A stretch of DNA of 64,000 bases from assembly GCA_964187785.1 (NCBI GenBank), contig OZ076409.1, positions 57,972,001 through 58,036,000 of the forward strand. Direction: 5' to 3'. This DNA is from Amphiscolops sp. MND2022 (lineage: Eukaryota). Within the stretch, counting starts at the first letter, position 1; each line of letters starts with the position of its first letter. Below the pieces are notes generated by a model that searched no databases, was not told the origin of the DNA, and was given only the letters and a program-made list of their open reading frames with translations. A program made the translations under genes and the position numbers. Of this stretch, positions 10,701-21,874 are shown piece by piece.

Positions 10701-12757
10701 AACTTGAAATGAACATCCGTAATGATGCCAATACAAAAGCAATAGAAGTTAACATACAGTCCACTGGGGTCGCCGAAGAGGAACTCCTATATATACTCCC
10801 CGTTGAATGCCCCACAGAACAACAATTATGGGAAGAAAAAGAAGCAATTCGTCAATCAGCAAAAACCGAAACCCACAATGAACCAGAAAATGAAGTGTCT
10901 GAACTCCAAACCTTCCACAAGCCCACTGCGGGAACCATCAACTATAGGGAGGGACACTTCAAAGACAATGCAAAAATACGTTTAGAACAAAACAATGATG
11001 AAGTTCTACGCAATTTGAGAGCCAAAATTGAAGGCGAACCCTTCGACGAAACCCAATTCACACAAGACTACCGATACAAACATTATCTACAAAACATCAC
11101 AAGGATTGAAATCAAGCAAGATGTCCTAACAAGAAGATACTACAATGACACTGGGTTGATATCCCATTATCAAATCCTTTTACCCAAACAACTCCTGGAC
11201 GAATTCCTTCATGCCCTTCATGGTCATAACGCAAATCATCCGGGAATAACCAAAATGATCCAAGAAGCACGACAAAAATACTACTACCCGTGCATCGCCA
11301 AATATATCCGAAATTGGGTGACAAAATGTCAAATGTGCATCCAAAACAAACGGATCAACAATGACTTACTTAAAACGGAACTACTAAATTGCCCCGAATG
11401 GGATTTGGGCCCAGAGGACATCCTACAAATGGACATCCTTCCCAATCTCCCACCAAGCGGAGGATATGACAACATCATCACCGCAATAGACGTGTTCTCA
11501 CGCTATTTGTTTGCCTACCCAGTCACGAGAATCACTGCTCCAGCAGTGGCAAAAATCATCATGGACATTTTGTGTAAACACACATATCTACCCACAACAA
11601 TTATTACCGACATGGGCACTCAATTTAATTCTCAGGTAACAAAAGAAGTAGCTGCAGTCCTGAACATAGAACTGAAACATGCAACGACAAAACACGCCCA
11701 AACAATTGGACTGTTAGAACGTACTCATGCATCAGTTAAAGCGCACCTTAAGGCAGCCACTGGCGAATTTAGAAACAATTGGCACAAGTTTCTACCATTG
11801 GCAGTCTTAAACCATAATACAACCTACCACGCAACACTTGGATTTGAACCTACTCGGGTCTTCCATGGAAGAATTCCGCACAACATACTAGACTTCAAAC
11901 TGGGGTATAACCCAAATCCTCGCTTCCAACCCCAAACGGAGGTAGCAGAGGAAGTACAAAGAAGGATTGCTTTACTTCACGATCAAACGAAGAAAAACAT
12001 CATGCAATCTTACCTCAAATATAAAGCATATTACGACAGGAAAGCAAAGGCATCACCTCTAACGACAGAGGATTATTGCTTTATCCTGAATCCAAAAGCT
12101 GACACACAAGCAACGAAGATACCTTTTCGTGATTTTCGTTGGGTTGGTCCCTATAAAGTTGAAAAGGTCCTTCCGAACAATAATTATATTGTTCGTAGAT
12201 TGGGCACGAATAAAACCCAACTACTCCACCGCATTCGACTACGAAAATATACTCCACAAGCTCCTCTCGCCGATAATTTTGTCAGAGAAACTGACTGGCA
12301 GAAAGAGGATACACTTGTCTCTCAAGATGACTTATATGCCCATGCTTGGGACAGTAATTTTGGCAGCAGTCCATTCGATCCTGACCACGAAGTCTGTGAT
12401 CAACAGGAAGACACGGTGGATAATGAACCTACTCCTCAACCAAAAATATACCACCCTCCCGCCCTCGATAAATCAAAAAATAGTGGGGGGATCCCAGCAG
12501 GACAACCTGCTGCGAACGACACAGAACCTCAAATAACCGAAAAAACTTCCTCAGAAAATGAAAACCATGAGCCCATTCCAGAAACTTCCAGAAATCCAGA
12601 AGACATTCGAGAAAACCCTACCCAAAATTCCCCAAAAACTCCCGAAATCAACCCAGAAAATGACGCACAAATTGAAGAAACCATTAACACAAGAGGCGAA
12701 AAATATAACCTACGCCCAAACCCTAACCCAAACTACTCAGACTCATACAGATATTAA
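7766..12757 (+). pseudogene. pol: Pol of element B (PR, RT, RNase H, integrase) with two in-frame nonsense codons (9608-9610 TGA, 10271-10273 TAG)
   Basis: ORFs 8276..9610, 9626..10273 and 10295..12757 are in one frame. Motifs LIDTGA, QYVDD, MTDAS, HPG...CQMC, IITDMGTQF, WVGPY. Confidence 0.93.
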
Positions 12758-13049
12758 AAAACAAATCAAGAGACTCAGAGACTGAATTATATACTATGAT
12801 CTCCTTCGTCTTTCTTTCTCTCATGTTTTATCTTCGTTCTTTATCTCACTTCTAGTCAAAATTGGAAGCTATCATTTTTTTCTCTCCAAACTGGAGGTAA
12901 ATCAAATGAGGCAAATGAAAACATCAAATGAGGCGTAATCAGCCAAAAAAGAGAAAATAATCATACAAACAAAACAGACATCAAATCAGCAAAATATAGA
13001 AAATTCAAGAGTCAAGATGAAACATCAATGGTCAATTCAAGTCAATTCT

Positions 13050-16000
13050 TCAGTTCTTATCTCCTTCTTTCCTTCGGACAACTAACTTCTTAACCCCAGC
13101 AGGCTGGGACTCTGGCAAGATCGGCACGTCCGCTCTAAATCGGGGACTCGAAAGGGCAGATGTTGCAAACACAGGAGATTTTCGGGTGTTCTTGCTTGTT
13201 GCCCCTGTTGGCTCTGGACCGCTCTGAATGGGAGTAGGAGCAACAAATTTGGAAGGCCTAGGGGACTTAGGAGATTGAGCGGGACTTGAACTAGCTGATT
13301 GCGGCTTATCATGAAGCGCTACCCAAGATTTCTCTTCATCGGAAATAGTACAAGTGTACCGAGAATCGAAATGGTTAAATATAGGCCGCCGTCGGGACGA
13401 ACATGACGAAGTAAGGTCCCAGACTGACAGATAAGCGTCTTCTAGTAGAGCCCGCCCTTTTCCGAGCAAAGAAAAAACAGAAGAAACAGTTCTCGGGTTG
13501 GCATACAATTCAGACACATTGGGCACTCCAACCAAAGAAGACTGAATGCTCCTAACACAGGACTGGAATTCACGGAAATCAGATGCAAGTTCGGGTATTT
13601 CAACAGTAAAAACAGGAGGGATAACGTGGACCCCTGACAAACTCAGAGTACACAGCTTGAAGACTGTAAACAAATTCTCCCGACACTGAAGTTCATAATA
13701 ATTCGACATAAAGCTGATCCATTCTCCCTCATAAGAAATGTTTTGGGATCTGAATTTCTCCGCAAACGCTCCATACTCGCTCAAGACCAATGGTTTGGTT
13801 GTGTGAGATATCCATTTTTGCTGCACCAAGTAGTCACAAAGTAACTCAGATTCATGGGCATAGTCCTCCTCTTCTCCGTAACGGACAACGGCTTCATCGA
13901 ACACAGAAAATCCTCGGACAAGCTTAGACTTGGAAACTTTATGCTTCAGAAGAAGGATGCAGAAGTTTTTATAAAAACATATTGCTTGTTCAACGAACCG
14001 AGTGGGGGTCGGCAAATCACTTTCTGCAACAAGTTTGGCAAAGTCCTTGTTTTGCATGAAATCCGCAACAGACTTTATAGGTAGATCTGGAGAAGTGAGA
14101 TCAATGGACATAAAATGATCCCAATTGGAGATGTTGCCAAGGAAGGAGTCAGGTAATATAAATTGTAGCTGACTGTAGACAAATGTAGTAAAGGCGCTGT
14201 ATACTCGGAAACCGTCAGGAGGGGAAACTCCATTCACCCCTTCGAAAGCAGAGTTGTCTGAACACAAGTAACGATTAAAAACAACCTGAGTAACAGTATC
14301 AAATACCGACCAAAATAAACTACCGCGAAAAGAGAACTAACAGTGTAGAAGCACATTTCGGATCAAGAATAACTTGGCTGCGTATGACTTGTCTTTGAAG
14401 AAAGTTTCGTCAAGACTCTTGGGCTGGAAAAATAATAAAAACTGAAAATCAGACGGAAAAGGAAAGCAGAATGGAGGAATAAACTGATAATTACCTCTTT
14501 CATATGGTACTTAAATGCCTTCAATCGGTCGGCAAGTCGGAGATGGGAGATGACTTTGCTCCAACTTCGACACAACTGATCAAGAACCACAACTGACTCA
14601 ACAAGACTGTACTTGAGGCTGGAGATGGCCTAAAACAACAATGTTAGAATGATACTACGATAACGCTTTAAAATGCGGAATAAAATCTGCAATTCTGATG
14701 CATTATGCGGTTTTCCGAACACCGCATAGAATGTCAACCAGTATACAGCATAAATAATGCACATTATGCGGTTTCCAGAAGAAAACAGCATAAACGAACA
14801 AAATATATCGTCTACACCGTTTTCTAGAGAAAACGGTATAGAAGGATGCATTACGAAGAAGAAATCAGCATGAAAGAAACCATTATGCAGTTTTCTTGAG
14901 AAAACAGCATAAGAAGAAACCATTATGCGGTTTTCAGGAGAAAACAGCATAAGAAGAAATCATTATGCGGTTTTCAGGAGAAAACAGCATAAGAAGAAAT
15001 CATTATGCGGTTTTCAGGAGAAAACAGCATAAGAAGAAATCATTATGCGGTTTTCGGGAGAAAAGAGCATAAGAAGAAATCATTATGCGGTTTTCAGGAG
15101 AAAACAGCATAAGAAGAAATCATTATGCGGTTTTCGGGAGAAAGCAGCATAAGAAGAAACCAGTATGCGGTTTTCAGGAGAAAACAGCATAAGAAGAAAC
15201 CATTATGCGGTTTTCAGGAGAAAACAGCATAAGAAGAAATCACCATGCGGTTTTCAGAGCGGAGCATAGGAACAAATATACCATATTATATGGTCTATTC
15301 GTTATGCTGCTTTATGCGGTTTTCAGAGCGCAGCATAGGAACAAATATACTATATTATATGAATCCCCTGACAGTGATAAAACAGTTGAATACGGATTGT
15401 GAATGACCAACAACGAGCAATTTTCTGTAGAAACCTTGAAACAAAGCCCAAAAGGGTAAGAAAGAAAAATTACTTTGCGGAGTTCAGGAAGGTCGTTCAA
15501 CCAAGTAGACCCAGAAGCGGTTCGCAACTTCATCAGAAGAAACTGCAGTACGCTGTGATAGTCATAGCGGTCCAAGATCTTGACAGTGGGTCCCGCTAAC
15601 AGTTTGTCCAAATCTTCGTGCGAAAAGGTGGGCACCACACACACTGTAGGTACCTGAACGGATTCGGTAATGATTGTTTTGGTGGTACGTCCATCAAAGC
15701 CAAGGAGTGAATAAAGAGGGGGTATACTCGGGAATGCAGCAAGAAAAGAACTGACGATCTGAAGAATTTCTTTCGCAATCATGAGGCTGTTTGGGATTTC
15801 AGCTAGTAAAAGATTGTTGAATACGTTTCCAGACCAGAAAGTTAAGACCACTTGGGAATTATCCTGATTGGAGTGAAGTTGGAGTGAGAATTGACCCGAC
15901 TGACCAATCGCAGTAACTGAGTAAGACAATAAAGTGCGGAACATGTGGACTAAGATTCCCTGCGAAAACGAAATGTGGTTACCTAAAAGAATGATAATTA

Positions 16001-17740
16001 AAAAGACAACCAAAACGATAGGAAGAGACTTACAAAAACGCGATCTTTATCCCAGCTGTATTGAGGCACCTTGACTGGTCCTCTGACTTCAAGCCCGAGA
16101 TTCCCCAGAGGGAAGTGAGAGTATGTAAGTCACCGCCATACTTCAACCCAGTCAACAGAATTCGTATTTGGCAGCATATTGTGGTGCTTGGGTCTAATTC
16201 ATCAGTCGGCACAGGAAGTTTGCGCTGTCCAGCAAGTAGGTAACATTCCCCAAGAATAGGAGCAATGGGAATTTCCAGTTCAGCCTTCTCTCGTGCCGCA
16301 ACTAAATCGGACCCAGTGAGCTCCAACTCATTTTTTCCGTAAAGTGGCATGCCAGGAGTTTCCATCCTGATGCGGTGTTCGCGGACTAAATGGGCGTCAG
16401 TTCTATAATGGGAAGGAATTTCGAGAGAACCTTTAGTCTTCAATGACAATTCTATATGACAAACTCTGCAACGCCACTTATGAGGGTTGTTGGTGGAATC
16501 AATTGGTGCGGTTACGAAGAACTTGAAGATGGGATGTTTCCTGTACATACTCCCTGTCAATTGCATTCTTGGTCGCGGCCGCTTGGAAGCTGAGTGTCGT
16601 TCACCTGGGTTAGTACAGGCTGTACTCTTTTCTCTCGCCCTAGTCTGTCTTCTCCCTTTGCGAGAATGTCCTGCGGGGGGTGTGGTTTGGCCCCCTGTTG
16701 TACTGGCGGGTGACACCATCAAGGATGACTCCATATTCGTCACACTGGTTTCCGTCCCTGTTGAGGTCCCAGGAGGCTGTGACGCGGGTACGGTAAATTG
16801 TTCTATAAGCTTTGAACTAATAGAAGTGGTCAATTCAGAAACCATAACTTGCATGCGCTGTTCTAACGCCAACAAGTCCAGACTGGTAACATAGTTACTT
16901 GAGGAAGTAAGCTGCCCAGCTTCGGTTGCGGTGGATGTTTGAGCGACAGGGGATATAGCTCTTGGGGTAATGGCCTGTGAGGTCCGATTGAGGAAGGTGG
17001 AAAATGGGGAAAGACAAGTTTTACCCACTTGTGAAGTTCACCCTGAAGAACCACTTGGTTCAACTTCATGATCGTCCTTCTCTGAATGACCCGTAGCATG
17101 CAAGGAAGGTTGCTCAATATCATCTTTGGATTGGGGATTAGTGTCATCCCGTGAAGCAGATGCAAGAAAGCTAACAGTGGTTTCTCTACGAGGCCCATCA
17201 GAACTTGAAACATGGATGCTAGTATCAAAGGAATGCCTTATACCGTCTATATCGACAAAAGATTTTGAACCTTCATTGCATTCCATTTGATGATCTGGTG
17301 TCGAATGATGAGTTGGGTTACCAAAGGGAAGTAAAGGGGTGAAATCAGCTGTGGAGAGGGGATCTTGAGCCGGAAAAGCAGAAGTGAGTGTAGCTGAAAC
17401 AAATATGAAATCAGCAAATATAGAAAATTGGGACAGCCAAAGAATTGACTGTTTAAGATAGTGGGAGCCTGATCAACTCTCACTTTAAACAAACAGGACT
17501 AGCTAGTTCGAAAAAATTATTCACGACTTGAAACAGGAAATCCAGAATTCAACCTGCGGATAGTTGGTGAAAACCGAAATTTGTTCAACAATCGGAACAG
17601 GATATTCAAAAGAACCTTCGATGATTGTGTGAAACCAAATCTTCGCCCTATTTTAATTAAGTTGGACGGAAAGAATCTCAAAAATACAGACCTTGTGTTG
17701 GCTCTTCGCTTCTTTCTTGGCCGGCGTCTTTCCCTTCCAT
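13050..17740 (-). pseudogene. Antisense multi-exon accessory gene of B: C2H2/BED-like zinc finger plus hAT-transposase-like body; damaged
   Basis: ORF pieces 17038-17286, 16030-17028, 15312-16013, 14363-14590 and 13050-14267 align collinearly with C's 817-aa ORF. Predicted GT-AG introns 17691-17394, 16033-15960 and 15473-14630, plus two short ones between 14494 and about 14286 (last frame unresolved). In-frame TGA at 17038 and a 1-nt frameshift near 16104. Confidence 0.75.
14881..15240. repeat. Tandem array of nine 40-bp units (CATTATGCGGTTTTCAGGAGAAAACAGCATAAGAAGAAAT), each an imperfect inverted repeat
   Basis: Units begin at 14881, 14921, ... 15201; degenerate copies extend over about 14690-15360. 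Confidence 0.97.
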
Positions 17741-19088
17741 TGTAGAATAAGTTTCCACAGAATAGAAATTGAAACCCCTTTGTGGTAAATCCAAATTTCA
17801 ATAACGAGAAGCAGCGGCACTCGAAAAGCGATTGCAACTGGTAAACGAAGAAGAATGGAGGTTTGGAAAAGACGAAAACTGTAAATAAATTTGACAAACG
17901 ATGGAAACTAAAAGAAATAAAGGAAGTAGAAGAAGATTGAAGTAAAAATCCTCGTGAGACTGTTAAACGACGAAGGAAAGACTATGAAAACACAAAGACT
18001 GTGAAAAGATAAAGACTCAGAAACTTGAGACAATATGTGAATCAAAGAAGAAACAATCTTGGAAGGCGTGGCAAATAACATGAAGGCAATAAAGCAAATG
18101 AATGACGTCAATTTCACAATATACACAATTCACCTTGAATCTGATTGGCTGAGAGAGTGTATGCGGCTTGGAAATATCTGCCAGTATGACCAAGTTAATA
18201 TGCATACGCTGTTAACACGCAGGAATTGGATTATGCGGAAAATTTACAAAGCAGCGTGATGCTGTTATGCGGAAAGTTTACAAAACAGCATAATATAGTT
18301 ATTTGGAAATCACAGTTGAACAGTACATGAAATTAAAAAGAGACTGAAACAACATGGCAGACAGGATGACAGCTTCACGCGGATACAGTGATAAACCAGC
18401 ATAATGGTTCGTCACATTGTGCGGTGAACTGCAGAAAACAGCATAAGATGGTTATGCGGAAAAGAATGATGAGCAGCATAACGAACTGCATAATGATGCA
18501 TAATGATAAACAGCATAATGATAATAGAACTGATGGATAGAATTATGATGCATTATGATGATTTCAGTATGCGGCGTATGATGCAAATGACTATTTGTTT
18601 TATATTATATGTCACGTGCTGATGAAAATATGAATCAAATTGGTTCGTCAAAAGAAGGTGTGAAAACTTTCACTTTGATAAACCTGAATGAACCTACGGT
18701 ATATTTAATTATGAGCAATTAAAATAAACCAGACGGAATGTGAAGACGGCAATCGGAACATGAAAGAAATTGAAAAGAGAATTTCAGAATAGGATGATTG
18801 TTTATATGATATTAACATTTTTACCGGTGCTATTCCCCTCATATCTCATGATAAATTACCTGAAAACCCGGGAAATGGGTAATTCGAGATATGTTTTGGT
18901 GCTATTTGTAAGAAAACCCCCGTAACCCAATAAAAAACTATAAAATCTTATCATTCTGATCAAAAATCTCCGAAAATTAGTTGCTTATTTTCTTCTTTCC
19001 ATTTGACAAATTCCTTGAGAATTTGATGATCATATTGTGCTAAATTTCTTGAAACTTGGCTGGAGCCAAATAAATCTAAAATCAAACA

Positions 19089-20036
19089 ATGGAAAGCACA
19101 CCACAAAACTCCATCGCTAGTAGAACTGACCCGATGAACCATGAGGTGGATCTGATCAACATTTCGAGCAGTTCGGGAGAGGAATTTATGGTGGAACCCC
19201 TCTCAGTGAATGACCTCGATGAAAGATTTAGAACTGCTCCATACCCTCTAACCGACATGTCCACAGCCTTTATGGGGGCAGCAGGTGCAATGCTATTCCC
19301 TAACAGTGTCAGTCCACAAGGAAGTGTTGGCCAACAAATCGATACCAGGGGCTCCCAGATTGAGAACGAGCTAATGGACCTCATGGATGATATATCTAAT
19401 ATATCCTCCCTGACTTTTATCGGTTCATCTTCAGAAGAAGATGATCCGTTCTTTGGTGCCAATTTCGCTAATGTGGAGCAGAATGGAAGGAACAGTTATG
19501 GCCGCCCAGTTCAAAGGGTACAACCCATGGTCAGAACCCCTCAAGTGACAAGGGAGACAGTAAATCCCCCTCTTGTGCCAAGCAACAGGAGCGCCTTCTC
19601 AGTAGTAATACCCGAACAACGAAGGGCTCCAGAAATACAAGCACACCCATCTATGCAAGCAAATTACTTACCTATGCCCGTTCCATTTTACCCAAATAAT
19701 TGGAACAATATTACACGTCCTCAACAACACTTCAATGGTCAAGCTCAGTTTCAGTCTCAGGGACCACCTAACGGACCCATATTGCAAATGAACCCTCCAG
19801 TGATGCCTGAAGTGGCAGGCTTTTGTGCAGGCTGTTCCAAAACTTATGACCAAATCGCCGTCGAGACGCTCACTCATTATGTTGCGTGGTCCGAATATCC
19901 TGACGAAACATTTCGCGATCGCAATGTGAGGTCAAGAGCATTTGTTGATGGGTTTGGAGCAGCGCTGATCTGCTTCAAAAATGCTGGACTGTCGCCGACC
20001 TACCCGTGCGAGATGTCCGGGGTGCAACATCAGTGA
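19089..20036 (+). CDS. Unknown 315-aa sense-strand accessory ORF of B; last about 15 codons lie in the 3' LTR
   Basis: Long ATG-initiated ORF with TATAAA about 150 nt upstream (18938). Acidic/Ser and Pro/Gln-rich N-terminal part, CxxC-containing C-terminal part. Confidence 0.7.
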   Translation: MESTPQNSIASRTDPMNHEVDLINISSSSGEEFMVEPLSVNDLDERFRTAPYPLTDMSTAFMGAAGAMLFPNSVSPQGSVGQQIDTRGSQIENELMDLMDDISNISSLTFIGSSSEEDDPFFGANFANVEQNGRNSYGRPVQRVQPMVRTPQVTRETVNPPLVPSNRSAFSVVIPEQRRAPEIQAHPSMQANYLPMPVPFYPNNWNNITRPQQHFNGQAQFQSQGPPNGPILQMNPPVMPEVAGFCAGCSKTYDQIAVETLTHYVAWSEYPDETFRDRNVRSRAFVDGFGAALICFKNAGLSPTYPCEMSGVQHQ

Positions 20037-21818
20037 AGCAGTCAACGCTGTTTACCCATCATCGTAGCTGTCTACCCGAATATGGACAGGAACTCAATGA
20101 ACATTTCAAATTTTAAACTTAAACAATGTTGGTTATTGTTCGTTTAATAAAATGTTGCTTTCGTTTGTACATTTCATCTAAAATGATGATTGCTGAATGT
20201 CGTTACTGTTGTTATTGTTTCACCCATAAGGTGCTTTGATTAATTGAAAAATAACTGGAAAGGTAACACCTAAGTTACCAATACAGTGCTAAACCTTTGT
20301 TTTACCATCCTAAATCATAGAAAGGAATTAAATCCAATGGTCTTATATATCTGCACCACATCAGAGCGTTTGTAGTTCAATCATGAAGAAAATGATCAAA
20401 AACAGTATGATGATTCATTTAGAAACCAGCATAATGATCTAGTACATCTATTTGATACTGATTATGCGGCATTATGCGGTTTTCATGAAGCAGCATATGC
20501 GGTTTTGTTAAATAAACAGCATATGCGGTTTTATTAAAGAAACAGCATAATGATTATATGCGCAGTGTAGTTCATGCTTTGTATTGCATTATGCGGAAAT
20601 TCAACAAAAACAGCATGACGACTTGAGTTAAAAACAGCATATGCGGAAATCTAGCAGAAACAGCATGACGGTTCAGATTGGAAACAAACAGCATATGCGG
20701 AAATCCCGTGGAAACAGCATGACGTTTCAATACGGGAGCAGCATATGCGGAAACCTGACAAAAACAGTATGAAGTTTTAACTGAAAAGCAGCATAATGAT
20801 TCTTATTTCAGTTGGTTAAATTATACTGCATTATGAGGATTTCATGAGACTGCATATACTACATTATGATGTAAAACAGCATAATTTGCAGAATTCTTAG
20901 TGCTATGCTGTTGTGAGTCCCAGTGCTATATTTAGACCTTCCAGGAGTCTGACGTAATATCATATTTTTAACATTTGACCCTAGATATATGACGTTATGA
21001 TGATTTGAGTAAATTTGATGGTCATGCAACTAAAAATACCGCCCAATAAAATCACTTGAGAAGGACCCCCTTAAAAATCATTTTTTCCACGATCATTCGC
21101 AACATAACACTCGAACAGAACAGTTGTTCAAATTCAAACCCAAACAACTTTGCAGTTTCTGAATTTACAGTTCTCTTTTCTGTAAAATAATTCCCAACTT
21201 TCATTTCACCCTATATCTTTGAAATTCAAAGATTTTCTTCAATCAAAACTGTTTTCAACATGGGGAACAGGAGGAATAGAAGGACAAGAAGAACTACATC
21301 TCAGTCTTCAGACAGAGACGAAAATACACCAGAAACTAGTTTCGCACAAGGTAATGCGACTTTAAATAATGTTTCTGAAAATGTTAACAATATTTTTGAC
21401 AGGAACTTAGGCAGTGAACTAACAGAACCGTCTCAAATAAGCAATGAGATAGAAGTTATTTCGCAAAGACTAACAGAACAGAACAACGACAAGATGTCGC
21501 AGATTGAAGAGCATCTAAATAACAAATTTGAAGAGATACTTAAGGAGATTAGAACAAACAAAAACTACATAGTAATAACTGATGAGGAGGATGCCGAGAA
21601 TAACCAACCTGGTCCTTCTAACTCTAAAAATAAGGGTCTCAGAAACAAACACGCATCAAACACAGCTCTAGACAAAAATAAGAATCAGGATGATCGGTTC
21701 TATCCATCTGAAATGAGTGAATTAAGACAACCATACACTCCCCTTGGGATTACTGAAAACACATTGGACGAATCCATCATTATAAATGAAAACAGACATG
21801 AGAAGGCCGATCATCACA
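19990..21818 (+). repeat. 3' LTR of B (contains the duplicated gag 5' ORF from 21260)
   Basis: Direct repeat of 4841-6669, followed by TSD TAGGT. Confidence 0.97.
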
Positions 21819-21823
21819 TAGGT

Positions 21824-21874
21824 ATAGCTTCTTAGCATTACAATTTGCTCCGTAAGCGCTCCGTACGTATTACA
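21824..21874 (-). repeat. Distal remainder of A's 5' LTR (TG terminus on the - strand at 21874)
   Basis: Another copy of the about 58-bp unit seen at 4720-4840, ending ...GTATTACA. Confidence 0.7.

Larger units (their letters stand above)
4841..21818 (+). mobile_element. Full-length giant Ty3/gypsy LTR retrotransposon B (16,978 bp)
   Basis: Two 1,829-bp TG...CA LTRs at offset 15,149; 5-bp TSD TAGGT (4836-4840 and 21819-21823); PBS; domain order gag, PR-RT-RH-IN. Confidence 0.97.

Noticed and set aside
14881..15240. CRISPR-like array of palindromic repeats
   Set aside because: Units are directly adjacent with no unique spacers, there are no cas genes, and the context is a eukaryotic retrotransposon.
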